Shown: piece by piece, positions 43,248 through 52,972 of the stretch
Layout: every line of letters begins with the position of its first letter
How positions within the stretch are numbered: the stretch's first letter is position 1
IMG/VR virus record: IMGVR_UViG_3300003320_000468
Coordinates: 3,678-67,677 of that record
DNA from: a virus
Lineage: Duplodnaviria > Caudoviricetes
Reading direction: 5' to 3' (one strand)
DNA length: 64,000 bases
Notes under the pieces: model-generated
The model's input: only the letters and a program-made list of their open reading frames with translations
Databases searched by the model: none
Told to the model about the DNA's origin: nothing
Program-made: the position numbers and the translations under genes

Positions 43248-44070
43248 CCGCGGCATCTCCTGCTACCAGACCCGGTGCGACCACCCCGAGTGCGCAGACG
43301 CATGGCGCGCCTACGGCCGCATGGTCACCAAGATGAAGGCGTACGGGATCTGGGCTCCCCTGGTTGATGCCCGACCCGCCCGCGAGCACGTGCTCGCGCT
43401 CAAAGCCGCGAACATCGGGGCCCGCCGCATCGCCGAACTCGCCGGGGTGTCACAGCCAGCGGTCACTCGGTTGCTGTACGGGACGCCGTCGGTGGGTCGG
43501 CCCCCGACACAGCGTCTGCGCCCCGAGCGCGCGGCTGCGTTCTTGTCGGTCCGGTTGGACATCTCGTCCCTGGCCGACGGCACCCGGATCGACGGGACCG
43601 GGGCACGCCGGCGTCTCCAGGCCCTGGGGACGCTCGGCTGGCCTGTCCCTCCCCTGGCGGTGCGCGCTGGCGTCTCCGACCTGGCGCTGCACAGCGTCCT
43701 GAGCGGCAACCGGGTGACCGTCCGTGTCGCCCGGGCGGTCCGTGACCTGTACGACGACATGTGGGATGAGGCGCCGCCGGAAACGAACCGGGCTGAGCGG
43801 TCGCGTGCACAGCGGGCACGGATCGGCGCGGCCCGGCGAGGCTGGGCGCCACCGTTGGCGTGGGACGAGGACACGATCGATGATCCGGCCGCGGAACCTG
43901 CGGGTCTGGAGATCGAGCCGAGGCATGCGCGGAAGCTTCCGCTCCCGGAGGACCTGCACTGGCTGATCCAGGGTGGCGACTCGATCGAGGTGATCGCGGA
44001 CCGGTTCGGGGCAAAGCCCACGGCGGTCCGCCAGGCACTCCACCGGTATCGGGAGCAGGTGACGGCATGA
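43237..44070 (+). CDS. HTH DNA-binding protein
   Basis: GARRIAELAGVSQPAV and GARRRLQAL..GW motifs. Confidence 0.7.
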   Translation: MARSRGISCYQTRCDHPECADAWRAYGRMVTKMKAYGIWAPLVDARPAREHVLALKAANIGARRIAELAGVSQPAVTRLLYGTPSVGRPPTQRLRPERAAAFLSVRLDISSLADGTRIDGTGARRRLQALGTLGWPVPPLAVRAGVSDLALHSVLSGNRVTVRVARAVRDLYDDMWDEAPPETNRAERSRAQRARIGAARRGWAPPLAWDEDTIDDPAAEPAGLEIEPRHARKLPLPEDLHWLIQGGDSIEVIADRFGAKPTAVRQALHRYREQVTA

Positions 44071-44420
44071 GCGAGTTCGTGGCTCAGGCCGTGCCCTGTA
44101 TGCAGTGTGTCGCGCAGGACCCGGATGCGGCGGTCGAGGTGATCCGGCGGCTCGAAGCCGAACGCACCGCCGCCGTTGACGAGGCCCGGACCGAGCGCCG
44201 TGAGCGTGCCCGCCACCAGGCCGACGCGAACCACTACCGGGCCGAGGCCCGACAGCTTGCGGGCCAGATGGAGCAGCTCGGCGACGCCCTGCGCGCCGCT
44301 GCCGCCTCGGCCCGGCAGGCGTCAGCAGACAACCCCGGGCACGCCGTGCTCGCGGCCATGGTCCGGCAGGCCGACACCTCCTACCGCATCTACACCGCCT
44401 GTACAGGAGGCGACCAGTGA
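44067..44420 (+). CDS. hypothetical coiled-coil protein
   Basis: ATGA coupling. Confidence 0.5.
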   Translation: MSEFVAQAVPCMQCVAQDPDAAVEVIRRLEAERTAAVDEARTERRERARHQADANHYRAEARQLAGQMEQLGDALRAAAASARQASADNPGHAVLAAMVRQADTSYRIYTACTGGDQ

Positions 44421-44797
44421 CCTACATCGAGGAACCGCTCCTGATCGAGATCGGCCCAAGGATCGACCCGGTCACGGAGAAGCCCGCCACGCTCGCGGAG
44501 CAGCAGCAGTCCCGCATCGATGCCGGCATGCATCCGCTGTCGGGGGTCGGCGCGGCGCCACGGCTGATCCGCCTCGCCCCTGAAGGGACGTGCGGTACCT
44601 GCCGCCACCGACAGGTCATCGACCTGCCCATCGGCGACGGCTACCGACACAAGCGGGTCCCCAAGTGCGTCCTCGCCGCCCAGTGGCGCGAGAACGGGTC
44701 GTTCGTCGGCGCGCCGCGGGTCGCGAACTCCCAGCAGACCGACTGCCGCGCCAAGTGGCCCGCCTGCACCGACTACCAGGAGGCGACCGATGCCTGA
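44417..44797 (+). CDS. Cys-rich hypothetical protein
   Basis: CGTC..KC..DCRAKWPAC. Confidence 0.55.
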   Translation: MTYIEEPLLIEIGPRIDPVTEKPATLAEQQQSRIDAGMHPLSGVGAAPRLIRLAPEGTCGTCRHRQVIDLPIGDGYRHKRVPKCVLAAQWRENGSFVGAPRVANSQQTDCRAKWPACTDYQEATDA

Positions 44798-45167
44798 GCG
44801 TATCCGCCGTCTCCGCCAGAAGGACTGGTCGAAGGGCAACGCGGTGATCGTCGACCGCACCTCCGGCTACGGGAACCCATGGAAGGTCGGCGAGCCCGGC
44901 ATCCCCGACCGGGCGGCCGCCGCGGCGCAGTTCGCGCTCGGTCTCGCGGTCCGCCGGATCGTCCTCGCCACCGCCACCGACCCCGGTCCGGCGCTTCTGG
45001 CGATGCGCCTGGGCTCGAACTACCCGAGCGACGAGCAGATCCGCGCCGAGCTCGCCGGGCGGGACCTCGCGTGCCCGTGCGAACTCCCCGGCCCGGGCGA
45101 GGTCGACCACTGCCATGCGCGGGTCCTCATGGACCAGGCAAACCAGGAGGTGCCCGGTGACCGTTGA
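44790..45167 (+). CDS. DUF4326-like protein
   Basis: VDRTSGYGNPW..LAGRDLACPC..CHA. Confidence 0.75.
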   Translation: MPERIRRLRQKDWSKGNAVIVDRTSGYGNPWKVGEPGIPDRAAAAAQFALGLAVRRIVLATATDPGPALLAMRLGSNYPSDEQIRAELAGRDLACPCELPGPGEVDHCHARVLMDQANQEVPGDR

Positions 45168-45390
45168 GTCGTTCATCCACCAGTGCGTCGACTATCGCGC
45201 GGTCGAGACCGAGCACTTCGCGTGCTCGTGCGACTGGCGTACCGCGTTCTGCGGCATCGACATCACCGGCTCCGCGTGGACCGACCAGTCCCAGGAACCG
45301 CGCCTGTGCGTCGTGTGCGTCGACCTGTACGAGCACTTCCAGGACGTCAGCCTGTGCTGCACGAAAGACCCCGACGTGCGCCATGGCTGA
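45157..45390 (+). CDS. small Cys/His protein (paralogue of 45759-45992)
   Basis: H..C..AFCG.DIT..CVVC.DL. Confidence 0.55.
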   Translation: MTVESFIHQCVDYRAVETEHFACSCDWRTAFCGIDITGSAWTDQSQEPRLCVVCVDLYEHFQDVSLCCTKDPDVRHG

Positions 45391-45766
45391 CATCGAGTGG
45401 GGCCGTTGGGAGCAGTCCCCGGTCATCTTCCACCTGGACCAGTCCTGCACCAAGTGCCTGTACACGGGCCCGCTTCTGGCCCGGTTCGGGTTGACGCTCC
45501 AGCCCGCGCGGCGAGTGCGGCGGCTCGTGCAGCGGTCGAAGATCACCGAGGGCATCCGTCCCAAGGCCGTAACCGAGTACGAGCCGGAGCGGAAGCTCCG
45601 CACCCACTACGCCGTCCGCTGCCAAGGATGCGGCGAGGAGACCGTCTACCTCCTGGAGTCGTGGACCGAGGTCGAGGAGCTGTACAAGTCTCCGGACTTC
45701 GACCTCGCCAAGCACGCGCGGCTCAAGCAGCCCTTCCTGTTCGACGTCGAGGTGCACCGTGTCTGA
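45383..45766 (+). CDS. hypothetical protein with two CxxC motifs
   Basis: CTKC...CQGC. Confidence 0.55.
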   Translation: MADIEWGRWEQSPVIFHLDQSCTKCLYTGPLLARFGLTLQPARRVRRLVQRSKITEGIRPKAVTEYEPERKLRTHYAVRCQGCGEETVYLLESWTEVEELYKSPDFDLAKHARLKQPFLFDVEVHRV

Positions 45767-45992
45767 CGTTCAGACCGCCCCCGATCCGCACGCCGCCAAT
45801 ACAAGCGACGACAACCTCACCCACGACGTGTGCGAGCACGACCTCGACACCGCACTGTGCGGCAGCGACGTCACCGATGCGCCTCTCGTCGACAACGACG
45901 ACGACCAGTGCATCGTCTGCGCCGACCTCGCCGCCTACTACGACCGGCTTGGCATCTGCTGCCGCATCGGAGAGGGGGCCGACCGTGGCTGA
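45759..45992 (+). CDS. small Cys/His protein (paralogue of 45157-45390)
   Basis: H..C..ALCG.DVT..CIVC.DL. Confidence 0.55.
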   Translation: MSDVQTAPDPHAANTSDDNLTHDVCEHDLDTALCGSDVTDAPLVDNDDDQCIVCADLAAYYDRLGICCRIGEGADRG

Positions 45993-46410
45993 CCCTTTGA
46001 TCCGGGTGATCGCGACCGGCGGCCGGGACTACACGAACCGGGACCGGGTCGCCGCCGCCTTGGCGCACCTCCAGGACCTGTACATCCACGGCGTGGCCCC
46101 GGAGGAGATCGTCCTCGTCCACGGCGACTGCAAACGCACCCGGCCGGACGGGTCGTTCGACCCGGACCGGTCCCTCGACCAGCTCGCCGCCCAAGAAGCC
46201 GGGGCACTCGGCTGGGACACCGAACCCCACCCCGCCGACTGGGACCTGTACGGCGCCAACGCAGGCCCGATCCGCAACAAGCACATGGTCTCGCTCGGCG
46301 CGAACTACTGCCTCGTGTTCGAAGGCGGCGACGGCACCGCCAACTGCCGGAAGCTCGCGAAGCAGGCCGGTATCCCCGTCATCGACATCAAGGAGCCCCG
46401 CCATGGGTGA
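45985..46410 (+). CDS. DUF2493/SLOG-family protein
   Basis: VIATGGRDY, LVHGD, ADW..G..AGPIRN..M, F.GG.GT. Confidence 0.8.
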   Translation: MADPLIRVIATGGRDYTNRDRVAAALAHLQDLYIHGVAPEEIVLVHGDCKRTRPDGSFDPDRSLDQLAAQEAGALGWDTEPHPADWDLYGANAGPIRNKHMVSLGANYCLVFEGGDGTANCRKLAKQAGIPVIDIKEPRHG

Positions 46411-46900
46411 GATCCGCATCGTCGTCTACGGCCAGCCCGCCGCGCAGGGCTCGAAACGGTACGTGGGCCACCGCAAGGGGGCTGACGGCCGCGACCGCGC
46501 CGTCCTCGTCGAGCAGTCCAAGCGCGTCAAACCGTGGCGCCGGGGCGTTGCCGACGCCGCGGTCCTGGTCCGCCCGGTCGAGCTCATGGACGGGCCGCTG
46601 GTCGCCGACATGGTGTTTACGTTCGCGCGCCCGGCTGGGCACTTCGGGACGGGCCGGAACGCGCACCTGGTGAAGGTCACCGCACCGTCAGCGCCCGCGG
46701 TCGCCCCGGACCTGTCGAAGCTGGCCCGGTCGACTGAGGACGCGCTGACCGGGATCGTGTGGAAAGACGACTCCCGGGTGGTCGCCTACGGGCGGCTCGC
46801 GAAGGTCTACGCCGGGAGCGGGGACGCGGACGCGCTCGACAAGCCGGGCGCAGTCATCCGGGTCCGGCCGTTCCTGCCTTGGGCAGGCGGTGCCGCGTGA
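46403..46900 (+). CDS. RusA-like Holliday junction resolvase
   Basis: PAAQGSK, PDLSKL.RS..DAL..WKDDS.VV. Confidence 0.85.
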   Translation: MGEIRIVVYGQPAAQGSKRYVGHRKGADGRDRAVLVEQSKRVKPWRRGVADAAVLVRPVELMDGPLVADMVFTFARPAGHFGTGRNAHLVKVTAPSAPAVAPDLSKLARSTEDALTGIVWKDDSRVVAYGRLAKVYAGSGDADALDKPGAVIRVRPFLPWAGGAA

Positions 46901-46905
46901 AGGGG

Positions 46906-47115
46906 CTAGGAGGCGGACTTGTCCTCGGCGAGAATGCGCGTCACGTGCTCCCGGGTGTAGCCGGTCATGCGGGCGATCTCGGACTTGGAGAGCTTGTTGT
47001 CGGGCTCGGCGAACGTGGCCCGGATGGTCGCGATGAGTTCCTCGCGGGATCGCTCCAGGCTCCGTTCAGCGCTGCGGAATCTCTTGGCGGCAGCGGCGAG
47101 CTCCTCGGTGGTCAT
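46906..47115 (-). CDS. small HTH protein (probably leaderless)
   Basis: LSKSEIARMTGYTREHV; CATACT 6 nt before ATG. Confidence 0.7.
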   Translation of the reverse strand: MTTEELAAAAKRFRSAERSLERSREELIATIRATFAEPDNKLSKSEIARMTGYTREHVTRILAEDKSAS

Positions 47116-47241
47116 TGCCCCAGTATGCCGCAACACGGGGTCACACACCCAGGCGGCTTCAGTAATGTTACCTCGCATTGTGATATCGTATCACGATATG
47201 ATGTTATGATGTCATGTAACGCTCTGACGGAAGGGGGAGAG

Positions 47242-47472
47242 TTGAACGAAAACGACGCCGTGTTCAGCATCGCGGCCCACTTGGTCCGGTGCTTCGACGA
47301 AGCCATTGACAGGCACGGAAGCGTTCCCCCTGAGGAGGTAATCCGGCTCGAACTGGAGAAGCTCCACCTCTGCGTGGACGTGGCAGCCAAGGAATCGTTG
47401 GGGCGCTACGAGGCATTCAGCCGGATGATCGCGAGGGAGATCGACCGCGACTTGCAGGACGGGGTCGAGTAG
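47242..47472 (+). CDS. hypothetical protein
   Basis: AAGGGGGAG RBS with TTG start; stop abuts the replication gene; not in the ORF track. Confidence 0.45.
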   Translation: MNENDAVFSIAAHLVRCFDEAIDRHGSVPPEEVIRLELEKLHLCVDVAAKESLGRYEAFSRMIAREIDRDLQDGVE

Positions 47473-48417
47473 ATGGCCCGCATCCGCACGATCAAGCCCG
47501 AGTTCTTCACGAGCCTGACGATCGCCGACCTCCCCGAGGTGGAGACGCGCCTGACGTTCATCGGCCTGTGGACGCACGTCGACGACGAAGGCCGCTGCGT
47601 CGATGACGCCCGGCTCGTCAAGGCGGCGATCTGGCCGCTGGACGACCGCACCTCACATGACGTCGAACTCGACTTGAAGTGGCTCAGTGAGTCCTCACTG
47701 ATCACTCGCTACAAGGTCGGTGAGCGCTCCTTCATTCAGGTCACGAACTGGCGTGAGCACCAGAAAATCAACCGTCCGACCCGATCGAAGTTCCCTCCGG
47801 TCGAACAGGCCACCGAAATCGTGGGCGCGCCTGCACCTGCCTCATCCTCGCAGCCTTCTACCAGCAGTGATGAGTCCTCACCCTCAAAGCGTGAGGGGAA
47901 CACGGAGGACTCAGTGAGTGCTCATGGAGACCTCACTGGCGGAAAGGAACAGGGAACAGGGAACAGGGAACAGGGAAAGGAAGAAGCTAACGCTCCTTCG
48001 TCGGAGACGGGCAAGCCGTCCCGCGACGACGTCGAACGTGTCTGCAACCACCTCGCGGACTGGGTCGAGAAGAACGGATCGAAGCGACCGAACATCACGA
48101 AAAAGTGGCGCGATGCCGCTCGCCTGATGATCGACACCGACAAGCTGACCGAAGAGCAGATCCGCAAGGCCATCGACTGGTGCCAGCAGGACGAGTTCTG
48201 GCGCGCCAACATCATGTCCCTGCCGACCCTTCGCAAGCAGTTCGATCGACTCCGTCTCGCTGCTCAGCGCAAGAGCGGCCATGCGGCTCCGCAAGGCCCT
48301 GAGTCCACGGCGCCGAAGCGGCTGACCGAATCCGAGAAGTGCCCCGAGCACCGCCGCGCGCTCCCGTGCGGCCTGTGCAAGGCCGAACAGATGGGCAGGA
48401 ACCAGCATGCAGCTTGA
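47473..48417 (+). CDS. replication initiator/replisome organiser
   Basis: MARIRTIKPEFF, LWTHVDDEGR, FW..NI.S..LRK.FD.L; upstream of DnaB. Confidence 0.85.
   Translation: MARIRTIKPEFFTSLTIADLPEVETRLTFIGLWTHVDDEGRCVDDARLVKAAIWPLDDRTSHDVELDLKWLSESSLITRYKVGERSFIQVTNWREHQKINRPTRSKFPPVEQATEIVGAPAPASSSQPSTSSDESSPSKREGNTEDSVSAHGDLTGGKEQGTGNREQGKEEANAPSSETGKPSRDDVERVCNHLADWVEKNGSKRPNITKKWRDAARLMIDTDKLTEEQIRKAIDWCQQDEFWRANIMSLPTLRKQFDRLRLAAQRKSGHAAPQGPESTAPKRLTESEKCPEHRRALPCGLCKAEQMGRNQHAA
47946..47973 (+). repeat. GGAACAG x4 tandem repeat (candidate origin iterons)
   Basis: Four exact 7-mers inside the initiator gene. Confidence 0.6.
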
Positions 48418-49762
48418 CCTCCACGACGACGCGCTGTTCCCCGACGACCCGCGCGCGTTCGACCGGACCCCGCCCCACGACATGCTCGCCGAGCAGTCCG
48501 TCCTCGGCGCGATGCTCATGAGCCGGACCGCCCGCGACGAGGTCGCCGAGATCCTCGGCAGCGACGCGTTCTACAACCCGCGGCACGCCATCCTGTTCGA
48601 CGAGATCACCGCGATGGACGCCGCTGGGCTCCCCGTCGACGCCGTCACCCTCGTCGCGAACCTCGTCGACGCTGGCATCCTGACCAAGGTCGGTGGTGGC
48701 CCCTACGTCCAGGAGCTCCTTCACGCCGTCCCCACCGCCGCGAACGCCGGGTACTACGCGAACATCATTGCCGGGCACGCTCGGCTGCGGACCGTCATCG
48801 AGCAGGGCACGAAGATGGTCCAGTACGGCTACAACGGCGGCGGCCGCGACGTCGAGGAGATCGTCAACCTCGCGCAGACCGCGCTCTCGGAAGCCATCCG
48901 CGGCAAGCGCGCGAAGAAGGTCCTGGACTTCTCGGACTACCTCGACGAGACCATCGCGCAGATCCTCGACAAGGACGGCACCGCCCGCGGCCTGTCCACC
49001 GGGATCGGCGCCCTCGACGACGTCATCGGCGGACTCAAGGGCGGGCAGCTCGTCATCGTCGCCGGACGCCCGGGCATGGGCAAGACGATCCTCGGGGTCG
49101 ACATGCTCCGCGCCGTGGCGCTCCGCCAGGGCGAGTCGGTCCTCATGCACTCCCTGGAGATGTCCAGGAACGACATCCAGAAGCGCATCCTCGCCGCCGA
49201 GTCCGAGGTCAACCTGAAGCGGATCATGAACGGGTCCGTGCGCGACTGGGAGGCGGCGAAGATCGCCGCGGCCGCCGACAAGATGCGCGGCTGCTTCATC
49301 CGCATCGACGACACCGCCTCCGTGTCCCTCGCGCACGTCCGCGCCACCGCCCGCCAGATCGAAGCCGAGAAGGGTCTCGCGCTCATCCTCGTCGACTACC
49401 TCCAGCTCATGGACACCGGCGGCGACGGCCGCAACCGGGCCGTGGAGCTCGGGCGCGTCTCCAGCGGGCTCAAGGTCCTTGCCCGGGAGATGAACGTCCC
49501 GATCGTGGCATGCGCGCAGCTCAACCGCGGCTCCGAGGGCCGCTCCGACCGCCGCCCGCAGCTGTCCGACCTCCGCGAGTCCGGCTCGCTGGAGCAGGAC
49601 GCCGACATCGCGATCCTGCTGCACCGCGACGACTACCACGAACCCGAGCACCCGCGCGCCGGCGAAGCCGACTTCATCATCGCGAAGAACCGCAACGGCC
49701 CGATCGAGACCGTCGAGGTCGCCGCACAGCTCTCGTGGGCCCGATTCGTGGACATCACATGA
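48407..49762 (+). CDS. dnaB: DnaB-like replicative helicase
   Basis: AGRPGMGKT, ILVDYLQL, QLNR, DLRESGSLEQDAD, KNRNGP. Confidence 0.95.
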   Translation: MQLDLHDDALFPDDPRAFDRTPPHDMLAEQSVLGAMLMSRTARDEVAEILGSDAFYNPRHAILFDEITAMDAAGLPVDAVTLVANLVDAGILTKVGGGPYVQELLHAVPTAANAGYYANIIAGHARLRTVIEQGTKMVQYGYNGGGRDVEEIVNLAQTALSEAIRGKRAKKVLDFSDYLDETIAQILDKDGTARGLSTGIGALDDVIGGLKGGQLVIVAGRPGMGKTILGVDMLRAVALRQGESVLMHSLEMSRNDIQKRILAAESEVNLKRIMNGSVRDWEAAKIAAAADKMRGCFIRIDDTASVSLAHVRATARQIEAEKGLALILVDYLQLMDTGGDGRNRAVELGRVSSGLKVLAREMNVPIVACAQLNRGSEGRSDRRPQLSDLRESGSLEQDADIAILLHRDDYHEPEHPRAGEADFIIAKNRNGPIETVEVAAQLSWARFVDIT

Positions 49763-50478
49763 GCGCCGGAGACCGCCGCGGCCCCGTCAAATGGGGCGAC
49801 CTCGCCGAGGAGGTCCTCACGGACCTGTGGGACCGCACCTGCAAGTACCGGGCCGCCCACGGCGAGCCCCCGCCACCCGAGCACCTCAACCCCCGCAACT
49901 ACCAGCCGAAGGAGCACCACCCCATGAAGGCCATCGAAACCCGCTACGCCGGCCACCGCTTCCGGTCCCGGCTCGAAGCCCGCTGGGCGGTGTTCTTCGA
50001 CCACCTCGGTATCCGCTGGCAGTACGAGCCGCAGGGCTTCAACATCCAGGGCCGCCCGTATCTCCCGGACTTCCTGCTCCCGGACACGCAGACGTGGGTG
50101 GAGGTGAAGGGCAACGAAGAGTTCCTCGATCACGACCTCATGGAGGCGTTCGCGCTCACGCTCCCCCGTGGCGCCCGCATCGTCTTCCTCGGTCCGCTCC
50201 CGGAGGCGAAGATCCCGGGCAACTGGGACTGGGGCTGGCAGTCCCTGCACAGCGCCTTCATCGACGAAGCGGACCGGGTCGTTTTCGGTGAGTGGATCGG
50301 GTTCGGCGCCCGTCAGCCGACCGTGCTGCGCGAGACCAGCTCCTCGACTGCGTTCGACGACGGCCGTGAGAACTGGCTGAAGCCGACCGAATCCATGGCC
50401 GGTCCTTGCTGCGAGTCCGCCTACGACGCCGCCCGGATGGCTCGCTTCGAGCACGGCGAGTCCGGCACCACCCGATGA
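49759..50478 (+). CDS. PD-(D/E)XK nuclease-like protein (likely main start 49924)
   Basis: FRSRLEARWA..YEP..PDF..VEVKG; AAGGAG before ATG 49924. Confidence 0.7.
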   Translation: MSAGDRRGPVKWGDLAEEVLTDLWDRTCKYRAAHGEPPPPEHLNPRNYQPKEHHPMKAIETRYAGHRFRSRLEARWAVFFDHLGIRWQYEPQGFNIQGRPYLPDFLLPDTQTWVEVKGNEEFLDHDLMEAFALTLPRGARIVFLGPLPEAKIPGNWDWGWQSLHSAFIDEADRVVFGEWIGFGARQPTVLRETSSSTAFDDGRENWLKPTESMAGPCCESAYDAARMARFEHGESGTTR

Positions 50479-50541
50479 CCATCTCCCAGTTCTCGGCTGA
50501 GGTGCTCTCGCGCCGAGCCGCCTGACCCGAAAGGACCCCTG

Positions 50542-50883
50542 ATGAACGACCGCTACGCCACCGCACCAACATCCCACCGGATCCAGAACCCGCACGATGT
50601 CGCGAAGGCGGTGTTGCGTCCGGACGTCTACACCGAGCTGCACGACTGGCTCCGGGAGACGCACCCGGGCTTCGCCGACGACTCGGGGTTCCGGGCCGCG
50701 TTGGACGGGATCAAGGGCCGCGCGCTCGCCGCCGCGGAGGCGCCGTCGGCGCGGCTGCTCGACCACATCACGGCCGCGTACTACCGGCAGGCCGCGGACT
50801 CGCTCGAACGCGCCGGCTACTCGGGCGCGGCGACGCTCCTGCGGCACGTCGCTGACGACCTCGACAGTCCCGATTCTCTCTGA
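50542..50883 (+). CDS. hypothetical protein
   Basis: AAAGGA RBS. Confidence 0.55.
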   Translation: MNDRYATAPTSHRIQNPHDVAKAVLRPDVYTELHDWLRETHPGFADDSGFRAALDGIKGRALAAAEAPSARLLDHITAAYYRQAADSLERAGYSGAATLLRHVADDLDSPDSL

Positions 50884-50909
50884 TCCCTCTGCTACCTGAA
50901 GGAGCAACC

Positions 50910-51218
50910 ATGACCACCGATTTCACCCCGGACGATGTCCTCGGCCTGATTCTCGACCACCACGGCACGATCCACGAAGGGCTGGATGCCCGTGTGCTCG
51001 CTGTCTCCGACGGGGAGTCCACGGCTACGGCCACGGTCGCGCTGGTGGGGCCGGGAGCGATCGGCGAGCCGTCCCCGGTCGCCGAGTTCCGGGTGACCGT
51101 GGAGCGGATCGCCGAGCCCGTCGCCCCCCGTGGTCTGCCCGCCCACCTCCGCGACGCCGGACACGCCTCGCTCGCCAACGCCATCGACCGGGCCGAGTCT
51201 GCGGGTGGTGTCCGGTGA
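50910..51218 (+). CDS. hypothetical protein
   Basis: AAGGAG RBS. Confidence 0.55.
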   Translation: MTTDFTPDDVLGLILDHHGTIHEGLDARVLAVSDGESTATATVALVGPGAIGEPSPVAEFRVTVERIAEPVAPRGLPAHLRDAGHASLANAIDRAESAGGVR

Positions 51219-51703
51219 CCGCCCGTTACGCCGAGCGCACCGAGGTTTCCTCGGACCGTTCCCGCGGCGAGATCGAGAAGACCCTGAAGCGGTACGGGGC
51301 CACGCAGTTCGCGTACGGCTGGGACCGGACGGGCGCGGTGATCGCGTTCGTCGCGCACGGCCGCCAGATCCGGTTCGTCCTGCCGCTGCCCGACAGCGAC
51401 GACCGCGAGTTCACGCGCACCCCGACCGGCCGCCCGCGTGCCGCCGCGCAGGCCGAGGCCGAGTACGAGCGGGCCGTCCGGCAGCGTTGGCGCGCCCTGT
51501 CGCTGGTGGTGAAGGCGAAGCTCGAAGCGGTCTCGGCGGGGATCGCGGTGTTCGAGGACGAGTTCCTCGCGTACACGGTCCTGCCCTCCGGCGAGACGGT
51601 CGGGCAGGCGGTCGGCCCCCGGGTCGAGGAGGCGTACCGGACCGGGCAGGTGCCCGCGCTGATGCCGTCGTATCCGAAGGCGATCGAAGGGGGTGTCCGG
51701 TGA
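51215..51703 (+). CDS. conserved phage hypothetical protein
   Basis: YAERTEVSSDRSRGEIE..RQRWRAL..KAKLE. Confidence 0.65.
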   Translation: MTARYAERTEVSSDRSRGEIEKTLKRYGATQFAYGWDRTGAVIAFVAHGRQIRFVLPLPDSDDREFTRTPTGRPRAAAQAEAEYERAVRQRWRALSLVVKAKLEAVSAGIAVFEDEFLAYTVLPSGETVGQAVGPRVEEAYRTGQVPALMPSYPKAIEGGVR

Positions 51704-52341
51704 GCCAGTTGACGTGCCCGCGGTGCGGGAGCGAGGACTTGGAGTCCTACGAGCTGACCGGCCATGCTGACGGGTCGGTGACGTGCCCGTACTGCCCGGT
51801 CGAGGCTGCGTCGGTGGATGCGGCGTCGTGGACGGCGGACGCTGCCGCCCCGCTGTCCCCGGCCGAGCTGGCCGCCGCCAAGGCGCTGGCCCGCGATTGG
51901 AACCTGCGTCTCGCTGATGGCATCCAGCGCATGGTGCCCTCCGACTTCACCGACGAGGCCCGCGCTGTCGTGGCCGCCGTCCGGCCGATCCTGGCCGCCC
52001 AGGCGCTCGCGTGGGTCGCCTCCAGCTCCGAACGCTGGAACGGCTACTGCTGCCACGACCACATGGCCGGGGTCGTCATGAAGGCCGCCGAGGAGATCCG
52101 GGCCGGGCTCGACACCGTCGATGACGCCGCCGCCGAGGCCGCCCTGGAGGACTACTTCCGCTGGGAGGTCGCGCGCCGCCTCAAGGACGAACGCGACCTG
52201 ATCACCGACCACGCCGACGACCTGGAGTACTCGGGCCGCCGGAAGACCAAGGGACGCATCAAGGGCCTGCGTGAAGCCGTCCGGATGCTCACCACCGCAA
52301 TCGACGACCTGTCCCGTCCTACCTCCGAGGAGACCCAGTGA
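51700..52341 (+). CDS. hypothetical protein with N-terminal Zn ribbon
   Basis: CPRC..CPYC; GTGA overlap. Confidence 0.5.
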   Translation: MSQLTCPRCGSEDLESYELTGHADGSVTCPYCPVEAASVDAASWTADAAAPLSPAELAAAKALARDWNLRLADGIQRMVPSDFTDEARAVVAAVRPILAAQALAWVASSSERWNGYCCHDHMAGVVMKAAEEIRAGLDTVDDAAAEAALEDYFRWEVARRLKDERDLITDHADDLEYSGRRKTKGRIKGLREAVRMLTTAIDDLSRPTSEETQ

Positions 52342-52484
52342 CCACCGAACCGCCTTGGAAGGGCTGCTGCGAGTACTGCGGCACCCGCCTGAAGAAGCAC
52401 GAGAAGGAACACCGCTTCTGCGAGAAGTGCGTGGGCGAGGACGTCTACGACGACTACTACGCCGACACCGAGGAGTCCCGATGA
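52338..52484 (+). CDS. 48 aa Zn-finger-like protein
   Basis: CEYC..CEKC; coupled on both sides. Confidence 0.45.
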   Translation: MTTEPPWKGCCEYCGTRLKKHEKEHRFCEKCVGEDVYDDYYADTEESR

Positions 52485-52972
52485 CCGCTGAGTCCCCCTC
52501 CACCACCGACCGCCTCGCCGAGATCCGCGCGCGCCTCGACGCCGTCGGGCACACCACCTGGGGCGCAACCTACGACGACTACGACGAGGACAAGGGCTCG
52601 CACTGGAAGCTGCACTTCGGCAACGGCCGCACCGCGGACCTCCCTGGCGGCTACGACGAATGGCACCCGGTTCTGGACCTGGTGTGCAACGCCCCCGAAG
52701 ACCTCGCGCTCCTGCTGAAGCGAAGGACGCTCCTGGAGCGGGCCTATGAGGACGCGAAGGATCTGCGAGACAAGTACGAGCGTCGCGTCATTGAATGGCG
52801 CGAGGCTGCCGAGCAGGCCCGAGCGGAGTCGGCCAGCCTGCGGGCTCGCCTCGACACGGCCGAGGAGCGGCTGGTCTGGACCGAGCAGGAATGCGACGAC
52901 CTCGCCATCCAGCGAAACCACCTGAAGAACCGGCTGGAAGACCTCGGGGTGATGGTCGATGACGAGGACTGA
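52481..52972 (+). CDS. hypothetical coiled-coil protein
   Basis: GAGGAG RBS. Confidence 0.55.
   Translation: MTAESPSTTDRLAEIRARLDAVGHTTWGATYDDYDEDKGSHWKLHFGNGRTADLPGGYDEWHPVLDLVCNAPEDLALLLKRRTLLERAYEDAKDLRDKYERRVIEWREAAEQARAESASLRARLDTAEERLVWTEQECDDLAIQRNHLKNRLEDLGVMVDDED

Noticed and set aside
49759-49923. N-terminal extension fused to the PD-(D/E)XK nuclease as a designed two-start gene
   Set aside because: Could simply be a small upstream gene that lost its stop; the extension has no recognisable domain.
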